Positions 14,496-25,707 of a stretch of DNA of 64,000 nucleotides are shown one piece after another; position 1 is the stretch's first letter, and each line of letters begins with the position of its first letter. A program made the position numbers and the translations under genes. This DNA comes from Lytechinus pictus (lineage: Eukaryota): positions 17,794,001 to 17,858,000 of the forward strand of contig NC_087247.1 in assembly GCF_037042905.1 (NCBI RefSeq), given 5' to 3'. The notes beneath the pieces were generated by a model. That model did not search any database. It worked only from the letters and a program-made list of their open reading frames with translations, and was not told where the DNA came from.

Positions 14496-15203
14496 GGACT
14501 ATTGAAACGCAAGTATACGCATACCACCATTCATCTGTACACTTCAACTTATTTTGCGAGAGAGTAAGGTCATCTAGGTGAAAACTAAATACAAATTTAC
14601 AAAAAACATTATATTTCATTGTTGTTCATGACATTTTAAAAAATAAATTATATTTCGTATTGTTACTCGGAAAGTGCCATCATTAGGCCTATATTAAAAA
14701 AATAGGGCGCGATTCGCACTCGCATATCTTATACTGCCAGAAACTGCTCAGAATGTTCATTGCTTTGGTCGAAATGCATCCAATATCCAAATCTTGTTTG
14801 TAAGAATAAAGCTTATTAAATGTACTTAGAACTTCAGTCTTTAGTTGGGACTATTGAAACGCAAGTATACGCATACCACCATTCATCTGTACACTTCAAC
14901 TTATTTTGCGAGAGAGTAAGGTCATCTAGGTGAAAACTAAATACAAATTTACAAAAACATTATATTTCATTGTTGTTCATGACATTTTACAAAATAAATT
15001 ATATTTCGTATTGTTACTCGGAAAGTGCCATCATTAGGCCTATATTAAAAAAATAGGGCGCGATTCGCACTCGCATATCTTATACTGCCAGAAACTGCTC
15101 AGAATGTTCATTGCTTTGGTCGAAATGCATCCAATATCCAAATCTTGTTTGAAAGAATAAAGCTTATTAAATGTACTTAAAAATTCAGTCTTTAGTTGGG
15201 ACT
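14496..15203 (+). repeat. Near-perfect 352-bp direct tandem duplication
   Basis: Copies at 14496-14847 and 14848-15203, with GGACT microhomology at all three junctions. Confidence 0.92.
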
Positions 15204-16010
15204 GCTCCCTTTATAAACCAACATAAAAAAATTGGCTTTTAAAAGCGGCCGATCGGGGAAACATGGATGAAAACATTCTGCGCCCTACCCCTTTTGGCGA
15301 AATCCCGCTCTAGAAACACATATGGACACCTACTGGACTCCAACAGGGACCCAAACTTTGGATCACTCTTCTTGACCACTCTTCATCATAATGAATTCAA
15401 TACTGCCCCCCCCCCCCTCTGCATTCGCGCCTGTCCCTCCAAACACACTTTCAAAAACGGTCAGATGACATAACTTGAACAAATCACTGAGTGAAAACTT
15501 ATCTTATATCTTATCTGCAACTCGATTCCTGAATAAAATACCGATGCGACATTATGCGTTAAGACTTGCGACTTTATGCGTTAGCAATTTAAGCTACGAC
15601 ATTATGCGTTGACTGTGACATTATGCCAAAATCATCCAATGCATAATGTCACAGTCAATGCATAATGTCGCAATTGCGACATTATGCGTCGCTGCGACAT
15701 TATCGGTTGTAACATGCCCCACCAGACACGCTCTTCAAAACTTTCATAGGACAGAGCTTGCACAAATGAATCAGTGAAAACATATTGTATGTCTTATATT
15801 TAACTCGAGTCCTGAAGCGAATACCGCTGCGACATTATGCGTTAAGACTTGCGACGTTATCCGTTAGTAGGAAAGCTACGACATTATGCGTTGACTGTGA
15901 CATTATGCGTTGGACGCTCTTGGCATGTCGCAATGTGCGACATTATGCGTTGCTGCGACATTATCGGTTGTAACAAGCCCCGAACGGAAATCATTAAAAC
16001 AGACAAAATA

Positions 16011-17906
16011 CACTACTCAAAAAAAGTTAAGGACCACTTTTTAAAACGTACATAAAGATTTTATACAAGGTGTTTTATTTCTGGAAATACCTCAGTACAA
16101 CTGTCCTAAATGTCCTTAAACACGCTGTAATCATTTTCACGCATGGGTGGTTTCAGTTGTTGCACAATGTCTCTCGCATCACTGCACATCCTGAAAAGTG
16201 GGCCCCGAGGGGTATCAGCTACCGACATGAAGTGGTAAAAACGAATGTCTGAGTGTCTTTCAGGCAGTTCAGTAACGAGTGTGACCACCTCCTGCAGCAA
16301 TAACGGCTTCACAGCGCTGTCTCATGGAGCTGATGAGGCGATTGATGTCTCTGACGTCCAGTGCATCCCATGCAGCCTCCAGAGCCACACCCAGCTGCTG
16401 CAGTCCAAGTGGATGGGCTTCGAGCTGCTCGAGACTCCTCCCCATCATGTCCCAGACGTGCTCTATCGGGTTTAAGTCCGGGGACCTCGCTGGCCACTCC
16501 ATACGCTCAATCCCCTGGCCCTCAAGGAACTCGGTCACCACCCTAGCTCGGTGGGCACGGGCATTGTCATCCATGAAAATGATGTTTTGTCCCACATTTT
16601 CTGCAAATGGCACCACTATAGGTTCAAGGACCTCATCCCTGTACCTCACTCCTGTCATTGCTCCCCCTGGGACCACGTAGAGACGAGTACGGTTGGCGTA
16701 GGTGATGCCTCCCCACACCATGACGCTGCCTCCCCCATAACGGTCATGTTCTGCAATACAGGGGTCTGCAAATCTCTCTCCTGGTCGCCTCCAGACTCTC
16801 GAACGTCCATCATTGTGGTCAAGGGAAAATCTGCTCTCATCTGTGAACAGAACTCTACGCCATTGCTGTCTGGTCCATCTGACATGCTCCCGGGCCCAGT
16901 TGAGACGAATTCTTCTGTGAGCAGGGGTGAGTGGGACACACTGAGCTGGCCGTCTGGCATGCATATTGGCTCTGTGAAGTCGGTTACGGATTGTTTGAGT
17001 GGAAACAATCACTCCAGTTGCTGCAGCGAAGTCATTGTTGAGGCGGCGTGCACTGTGAAAGTGGTTGCGGAGGCTGAGATTCGTCAAGTAGCGATCATCT
17101 CTAGGGGTTGTCGAAACTGGTCGGCCAATGCGGGGTCTCTCGGAGTATAGCCCTGTCTCTCGGTGTCTTTGATTTGCTCTGCTAATGACACTGTGTGACA
17201 CGCCCATCATTATGGCTACTCTTCGCTGACTGAGGCCAGCTTCCAGCATCCCTAGGGCTCTGGCTATATCTGTTTCACTCAGGTGGTGTCTTGGCATTGC
17301 TGTTGTAGGCAAGCTGTTGATTGTACAGACTAAAGACGGAAAATGCTTTGGAAGACACTTGTCTTATGGCCCACTGCAATGATGCCAGAGACATCATGAA
17401 AGAACTGCATGTGTGAAATTGATGTCATTGTGTTTGATGGCATTCTGGACAGCTGTATCTTGGCATTGCTATTGTCAGCAAGTTGTTGATTGTAGAGACT
17501 AAAGACAGAAAATGCTTTGGAAGCCACTTTTGTACGGGCACATTGCAATGATGCAAGAGACATGAAAGAACTGCATGTGTGAAATTGATTTCATTGTGTT
17601 TGATGGCATCCTGGACAGCTGTATCTTGGCATTGCTGTTGTCAGCAATTTGTTGATTGTAGAGACTAAAGACAGAAAATGCATTTGAATCCACATTTGTA
17701 CCACTTCACAATGGGCCCACTTTTCAGGATATGCAATAATGCGAGAGACATCATGCAACAACTGAAACCACCCATGTGTGAAATTGTTACAGGGTGTTTG
17801 AGGAGATTCAAGACAGCCATATTCGGGTATTTCTAGAAATACAACACCCGGTTTGAAAATTGTATACACACATTAAAAAGTGGTCCTTAACTTTTTTTGA
17901 GTAGTA
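16011..17906 (-). mobile_element. Tc1-family DNA transposon, full length, TA target duplication
   Basis: Imperfect ~195-bp TIRs (16011-~16206 and ~17713-17906) begin CACTACTCAAAAAAAGTTAAGGACCACTTTTT. TA lies on both flanks (16009-16010, 17907-17908). Contains a transposase ORF. Confidence 0.95.
16269..17297 (-). CDS. Tc1 transposase (DD34E), intact 342-aa ORF
   Basis: N-terminal HTH region and GRP motif, VLFTDESRF, VMVWGGI, FMDDNARAH and WPARSPDLNPIEHVW. There are 34 residues between the second D and the E. The first ATG is at 17297 (the ORF track starts at an upstream TTG). Confidence 0.95.
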   Translation of the reverse strand: MPRHHLSETDIARALGMLEAGLSQRRVAIMMGVSHSVISRANQRHRETGLYSERPRIGRPVSTTPRDDRYLTNLSLRNHFHSARRLNNDFAAATGVIVSTQTIRNRLHRANMHARRPAQCVPLTPAHRRIRLNWAREHVRWTRQQWRRVLFTDESRFSLDHNDGRSRVWRRPGERFADPCIAEHDRYGGGSVMVWGGITYANRTRLYVVPGGAMTGVRYRDEVLEPIVVPFAENVGQNIIFMDDNARAHRARVVTEFLEGQGIERMEWPARSPDLNPIEHVWDMMGRSLEQLEAHPLGLQQLGVALEAAWDALDVRDINRLISSMRQRCEAVIAAGGGHTRY

Positions 17907-17949
17907 TATATGTTCATTGAACAAAATAACGTAATCGTGATCATGATGG

Positions 17950-18091
17950 NNNNNNNNNNNNNNNNNNNNNNNNNNNNNNNNNNNNNNNNNNNNNNNNNNN
18001 NNNNNNNNNNNNNNNNNNNNNNNNNNNNNNNNNNNNNNNNNNNNNNNNNNNNNNNNNNNNNNNNNNNNNNNNNNNNNNNNNNNNNNNNNNN
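17950..18091. other. Assembly gap (142 N)
   Basis: Run of N. Confidence 1.
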
Positions 18092-18251
18092 AGGGTCGCA
18101 CAAGCAGAACAGTGACGGATTTACAGGAGGGAAGTGAGGGGGTAGGACCATAAACAAATAAATACGTAGGGTAGGTCGCAGCTCATCGTCACTGGGTCAA
18201 ACGACCTGGTGAATCACCCTCTTATCAAAAAGCTAGATCCGATACTTAGTA

Positions 18252-21200
18252 GACTTGTTAAGCGGTTGGACGCTGCATTTTTTAGTACAAATGTCCCACT
18301 TGGCACAAATGTTCCTTGAGTCAAAAGAAAAAGATTCATCCAAAGAGACACGCTGTCTCTATGCAAATAAGCAGGTAATTTGCATAAATTTGCATATTAT
18401 GTCGATATAGCGAAAACAAGTATTTAAGAGTATATATTTAACCAGAACTGCTCCAAAATTGGAAACAAAGACTTAGGGTCAGAAAGGGAAGAGAATTGTC
18501 ATAAAAGAATTGGGATATCCTTGTTTACTTTTACCTAATTTACATGAATTATACAAATTGAATAATTTAAAACAGAGTATTTGTTTCATGAATCATGCTT
18601 CATGACCTTATTAGTAATTTGCTTAGAAAGAGGGAAAATATGTCAAAATGTATTACGTGATATTGCCCTAAAACGAGACCAAAACAAACCTCTTTGTCAC
18701 AGTCACACTCACGAATCCGCTATAAGCGATCAATAATATGTCATTCGAGATAACACAATCCCAACACAATAGCTTCCATCGGCTTCTCGTATCGCTTTTG
18801 TTGGTGTGTCTGCCACAACGTAATAATTATATGGTATATGCGGGCAAAATGCATTTTGGTATCGGTAAAACACAATTTGTTTTATTTGTTTCTAATTTGT
18901 TTCTTTTGGAAAATTTAGAGGGGACATTACTTTGCAGGTTACTTTAATGAAGCTCTGGCACATCAAAAATATAAACACATGAATCATGACGAATGTACCC
19001 CAACCTCAATCCATATTTTAACTTTATTAAAATATCTATCTTTTGGAGACCCTGAAGTGGCAAATCTGCATTCCCGCTACTTTACAAAGTTTGAGATGTA
19101 TTATCGACTTGGAAAAGACAGATGTTTGAGACATCAGTCAACATGTTCCCTGAAGAAAGTTTTTGGTTTATTTAAGCATACGCCCACGGGAGTCCTCCGA
19201 ATTTACCCCCACCCCTCTCCGTATTTCGACACAATATAAAAATATCGTGTTTTAAAGCCACCGGCAAGGCAAATGGCGTTTTTTATAAAGCAACTTTTAT
19301 ATTTAGGGAACCTCTTTTATTTAGAGGGGATATTGTTCTGCAGCTCTAGCACAGTAGAGGCTATAACCCAACAGGAGCATGCCTAGGGTACCTTTTCCGC
19401 TTTTGGTTTTATGTATTCAAATATAATTTATTGTCTTTAGAACTCCAAAAAGATTACTTTTGTTTGTATTGATATCTTGGAATAGATTGAGGAGAAAATA
19501 CTCTCAAGTAACATGTACATGAGCTGTGGTACATTGAAGAACAGCCACACGTAAGCTCTAAACTACCCAAACCTCTTTATTGATTCCACTCTATATGTTG
19601 AAATAAAATATTTTTAGTGACCCATCGGAAGAAAGATGCATTTCTACTACACAGTAAAGCCGCTTTACATTCTCCTCTTGGTAAAAAAAAAAACAGAGAA
19701 GGCATAATTTTATATCGCATGAAAATAAGTCCCTGTGCATGACGGGACCTGTCGAAGTTGCCCCACCCTTTATTTTGTTTTGACAATATTTATTGAAAAT
19801 ATCGTCTAAATGAAGCCCTCATCTGGAAAAGGGCACTTATTAACAGCAGCATCTACATTATATAGAGGAGGCCCTGGCACTGGGAAGCGTGGGCTGAAGC
19901 ACCCGCAAGATTTTCGGGGGGGGGGTGCTGCGTGTATTATTCTCCATAGACAGCACCCCCTGGAATTCCGGCAGATGTGACAAAACGAAAACAAAAAGTT
20001 ACCAAAATTACCTTCATTTTATATTAAACCTTTTTGCTTTTCAATTTACATCAGCAACCCCTGTAAAATCGTTCACAGTGCCCAGGAGGAGGCATTGTTC
20101 TAGTGCACAGGCTATATAAATAAGAAATTCAGGCAATTCGAGCCTACTTCTAAGGGAGCTATTTCCCCATCCCTTTCCATATTTTGACTATATTGAAATA
20201 TTTCATGTGTTTGTAGCCCCCACAGTGGCAAAAAAGGCGTCTTCAACACCTAGTAAAGCAAAGTTTAGTTTTATGGAACCTCTGTTTTATAGATAGAGGA
20301 GACGTTGCTCTGTCGATTTCATGTTATAAGTTCATTAGATCCTATTCCACAAAGGAGCCTGCCTGTCGAAAGTATCACATCCCATCCCGCATTGACTCTA
20401 TGTTTGAACTAGCGTCCTTTTGGAACTCTCAATTGGGACAAAACGTCATTTTTTTCTACATGGAAAAGCCACTTCCATTTTTTTTTAACATAGAGGGGAC
20501 ACTCTGCCTGTCTGCAAGTAACAATTAGAGAAAATCCGGCACATTGAAGCATATCCAAAAGTGTGTGCCTGTCGAAGCACACCCCCCCCCCCCCACAATT
20601 CTACATATTAATTTAGGTAAATATAGGAAGCATCATTTCACAAGTTGCATGTAGAAAATTCATGGTACAGAGCGTACCTTCATGGTTCCCCACTCCTTTC
20701 TATACTACATTTTTTAAACCCCCTTTGGGGCAAAAATCATTCCTCTTACTTTTTGATATTTACCATGGCTAGCTAATGTATAGTAAAGGCACATTTTCCA
20801 ATGGAACATCTTCATATTTTGTATTACATTACAAGAGGATAGTGGAAAATGTATCAATACCCATCTAAATGAAAGAATACTACATGATTGTTACGAACAA
20901 TAATATATTTTGATGCGTGCTCGTGTACTATAAATGCCATGGGGGCTCCCATTGGGAAAGGCTTTGATGTTCCAAATGCAAATGTAACCACTGGTTACAT
21001 GCTCTACTGGTTACTAACCAGTAGAGTAGGTTCTTTTATTTCTTATCCAAGAGAACATTAAGTATTGAATTGGTTTTACAGTGTAGCAGAAATTGCAGAA
21101 ATGTAATTGATAAGAGAATGAGTCGTGCAACTTCTTATAGGTTTCGATGGGGAGAGGATTTAATTTGTCAGGATTTTTCTTCACTTAATCCTTATGCCTC

Positions 21201-23266
21201 CTTTATCTTAGGACGTTAATGAAAATAGAAGCTGATTTAATTTTCAACAAAAGCGCCCCTTTTACAGAAGGGGCGTTATCAAAAGGATATTTTAAATAGA
21301 ATAATATAGTCTAAGGAAAGTGATGGGGCTACTTTGACAAGCAACGTAAAATAGTAAAGGGTATAGGCTTCAATGTACCAGGACGTCTTTTAATGCAACC
21401 TTTAGAACAATGTGTCCTCTGTCTTTTTTCAAAAGATCAGTGGAAATGATAGCGATAATTTCGAATAAAAATGATATAACTCTTGATATTGAGAAAGGGG
21501 TGGGGAGTACCTTCGAGAGGCTCCCAATGGGGTTAGGCTTTCGTTACCAGAACGTTATTGCATGTAAAATCCATAGCAATTTTTTTTAATTTTTCTCCAT
21601 GCATAACAAGAAATAAATTGACTGAATATAATGTTACATATAATACAAAGTAGGAACTATGAAAGCATAAACAAGAAAATGTTTGAAGTGCAGAGTTCCT
21701 TAAATAACATCGTATGTAAGTTATTCATTTGACTAAACATGGCTCAAAATACGCATTCACAGAAACCAGAACAAAAATTAATTCAATACTAAAACTACAA
21801 TAATAGTACCCTTTTCAGTCTTTCTCTAATTTTACCAACAACAGAGGAGGTTTCATAAATATAAAAGTTGTTTTGCTAATTGTGGCATCGCAGTGTTTAC
21901 AGTGGTTTAGGAAAATATAAAAGTTTCAGACTATTAACTCTAAACTCTAAAATTTTCTTTAACTGTGGGACCAATTTTTGTAAATATAACCCCATGTATA
22001 TGTTAGAAGAGAATCAATTCAGTTGATACAAGCAATTAAATAACACTGTCTGGAACTATATAATTATACCAATTGTAATTAGCATGATATGAAAAGTTGT
22101 GTAGTTCTACACCAAATAAACTATTCTATCTGTATTTACTTGTCTCTTCATGTAATATTGAACTTAAGTTTTAATTGTGCCACAATTTTAATTGGGAATC
22201 AGGTATAAACTGCGAAAATTAGCCATTTTATGTTCGAATTTGCATAATGTATGATAATTTATGAATAATCTACACATAATTAATGTAAATTAGACGACAA
22301 TATGGACTGATAAACGGCTCGTTGGTAAATGTTTTCTTTTCCTCCATCCATAGAACGTTAGTACTGATTAAAATGCCTCAGTTTTGTTGATTGAAGTTTT
22401 TTACACTACTCATGGAATTAGTATAGGTAAACACATTAATATGTATTTATGGTAATAAGTGGTCATTTGCATATATGTAGTGAATTCTTTGTGCCCGAGT
22501 ACTTTATAATAACCCTATTTAACACATATATCATTATTTATTAAGTTTAGATCATTCAAACTCACACAAAAGTTTAATATAGTACTAATTTGCATAATTT
22601 ATGCAAATTATGCACTGAATATAACAAACAAATGAAATTAACGCAAATATTAAAAATTACAAAGATATAGTTTTCTCATGTATAGTTTTCCTTTTATCAT
22701 CATTAGATTGTCACGAGTAAGACATGCTTTACTATTAAAGCGGTTTTTCTAATGTTCAGAGCATTTTGCGGTTTTATGCATAAATTGTGATAATTAGGGA
22801 TTATTTGCATATTTAAAAAAAGTTCATTTGTCCAATGTCTTTCCCAGACTCTAAGACACATTTCTACCATTCATTATTTACATACCACATTTATTGATAC
22901 TTTTATCCAATTCAGATTATCCAGAATCATTTGAAAAAGGAGCACTTTTTATTGAAAATTTTTGCAAATAAGGTAAAGAAATGTATGGTTACTGCATTTT
23001 TTTTTCATTAGTTTTCTTTTGCTACTTCCACAAACGCTTTGCATCAAATTTGACATTGCTATGAAGTAGCTTTACATTTTTACAAGTGTTTTTAGTAAAT
23101 TACTAATTTTAGAGGCTAATTAACATAATTTATGCTAATTTGCATAGATACAGAGTGTCTCTTTGGATAAAAAATTTCCAATGGGTTCAAGGAATAAACA
23201 TGCCAAGAGGCACATTTGTACTAAAAAATGCAGCGTTTACCCCTTTTTTTTTGCAGTTAACAAGTG
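18252..23266. mobile_element. ~5-kb non-coding element bounded by diverged TIRs and TA
   Basis: ACTTGTTAA..ACGCTGCATTTTTTAGTACAAATGT..ATCCAAAGAGACAC..CTATGCAAAT at the left end is mirrored at ~23130-23266. TA lies on both flanks. Confidence 0.7.
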
Positions 23267-23714
23267 TAATGTTTAACCTTCATTTCTTTCAGGAAGCCAC
23301 TGAGCTATCGCTTTGTTTTTACATTGAACATTTTAAATACCCATTAATAGCCCCCGATTCCCAGCATGTTTATACCCGGATTTTTTTTTTTGCTCTTTGC
23401 AGTTTAAACGACTTAATCAGTAATTCTCATATTTTGCTCACACACAAGTCTTGGGGTAAAGATGGGCAAGACATATTTTTCCATGTGTTGGAAACTGTTG
23501 CCATGATAACCGCGTAGGGCGGGGTATTATTTAGTCTTTAGCGATATTCTATTTAAAGCCTGTAAACATTTTTTTCCGGGGCAGAGCGACACCTTTCGTG
23601 CAATAAGAGCCTGATTTTTTTTCGTAAGATAGAGTTTCATAAGTTAGAGTAAAGTTACATCCATTTAAATATTTTTGATAAGATGTTGAAGGTACAGTAT
23701 AAAAAATATAACTG

Positions 23715-23990
23715 ATATTCCTTCTTTTTTCTCATCTACATATTCCTTATTCTCTTCCCTTTGTCTTCCTTCTATTTTCTAAATTTCTTCTACTCATTTT
23801 CATCCAACTACAAATCCTCTCGTCTTTTTTCTCCCTTTTCTCTCATTATTTTCCTTATATTTCTTCTTCGTTACGTTCTCCCCGTTTTCTCACGTATCTT
23901 CTCCCTTCAGTTCGTCGTATTTTCCTCATTCTTTCTTTTTTTTCCTTCTTCGTCCTACTCCATTTTGTTTTTCTTATTCCGTTTTCCTTT
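23715..23990. repeat. Pyrimidine-rich low-complexity tract
   Basis: Almost exclusively C/T on the + strand. Confidence 0.8.
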
Positions 23991-25288
23991 TATAGAGTGT
24001 TATCCTTTCTTTAGTATGCATGTTATTTGTCAGCAGCTACTTGGCAACCAGAAAGTTGGTCTTCACCTTCTAGGGAGCCTTTAAATAAATGATCATCAAA
24101 TCGTAAGAAACCATCTTTTAGCGAAATGTTGATACACGGAAAACCAAGTATGCGGAGTGCGATTGAGGACGAGCAATTTTATTTGCGCCTAAAAATGTTC
24201 ATGTATCACACCGGGAAATGAATAGCTCTCGATATTTTACTTAAACCTTTAGAATGTGTGTTCAATTTGCAGTTTCATGAAAAGAAAGTTACACGAATAG
24301 CCAAAGAAAATTTTCTCATTTCGAGCAAAGTGTACCTATAAATGCAATTAAAAATCTAAAGTCCTTGGTAAATTTTCTCCCGACATGCATCATTCATAAT
24401 GGTCAGTAAATATGTTCATATAACTTAATACAATATAAATATATCATAATTATATTCCGAACACTAAAATGCCGTCCGAATGTCAACAAAATTAATTTGC
24501 TATTAGAACCACTCGTACGAGTTTCTTAGAATAGGCCAAAGTCAATTCCGATATTAAGTTGAATAAGTACATATATATGAAATATGTTCCATAAGAAAAC
24601 ACATAGAAGAAAACAGAGAACTTAATTTAATCTAAAATAATAAAATACAGAAGATAGAGCGTGTAGAACTATCGGCTCTCATTTGCATAATGCCAACGAT
24701 GTTTCATATCACTGTTTTGTGAAAATAATAGCAAATTTTAAATAATTAACTTTCTTTTTTTAATATGATTTTGATGAAATAAACTTGTTTGATATTCATC
24801 TATATATTAAACCCATTAAACTCATTTTTCTTTTGGGGAGGAAGGAACTGAACTTTACGAAACTAATATCTGGACTTTCAATTTTATGGTAAACATCCAC
24901 ATAAAACAGCTTTTGATGGTGAACAAGGTAAAGTTGATCCTGTCAATATCGTTATAAAATACAATTAAGTTAAAACACAACGGAAAAAATGAAAAGAAAA
25001 AAACCACGAAATATAAATGTGGTTTTAGTATTCAAAAATAACTTTTATTCTGATCTGGCATTTTTATTACATCAGCATTTGTATATATAGATTCACAAAT
25101 ATAATAAATTATCAAATATAGAGAAGATATAAAATTCATTTTGATTTAAGAGAACAAATTGACATTATACCCCAAAATTTTAAATTTGCACGTACATCAA
25201 GTGTGGATCTGACTATCAACATTCAAATCAAATTCAGAAAAATTAAGGACCTGAAGAAAAAGGAGTGAAGAGAATAAAATATAATAAT

Positions 25289-25707
25289 GGGCCATTGTTG
25301 GTTACGTGTGTGACCAAAATTATGAAAAATTTTGACTTTAATTTGTTATAACTCAAAAGTTTATAGATTTAGCAATTTGATGTTCATGTGACAGTAACAT
25401 GTTTGGTCAACTATCATTTGGAAATATTTCTTGGTGACAACAATATGCACATTCAAGGTCAGTGGTAAAAAGAAGTGGGTGACGTGTGTGACTTCAAAGT
25501 GTCACACACGTGACCCACTTTTTTTTTACCTCTGACCTTGAACATGCATACTGTTGTCAGCATGAAATATTTCCAAATGATATTTGACCAAACATGTTGC
25601 TGTCAGATAAACATTGAATTTCTAAATCTATAAACTTTTGAGAGTTATAACTAATTAAAGTCAAGGATTTGTCATAATTTTAGTCACATAATTGCTAAGA
25701 ACGGCCC
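25289..25707. mobile_element. Fully palindromic MITE, TAAT TSD
   Basis: GGGCCATT ... AACGGCCC termini. The arms are complementary up to a centre near 25495, with TAAT on both flanks. Confidence 0.85.

Larger units (their letters stand above)
12941..15975. mobile_element. Composite TGT...ACA element (Ginger-like) with AGCCC TSD
   Basis: Termini TGTTACAACCGATAATGTCGCAGC / GCTGCGACATTATCGGTTGTAACA, with AGCCC at 12936-12940 and 15976-15980. Arrays of GACATTATGCG. The left arm is split by ~1.2 kb and an extra right arm ends at 15714. Confidence 0.75.

Noticed and set aside
16245-17150. Several overlapping plus-strand and alternative-frame ORFs up to 199 aa
   Set aside because: Shadows of the GC-rich transposase ORF with no recognisable motifs.
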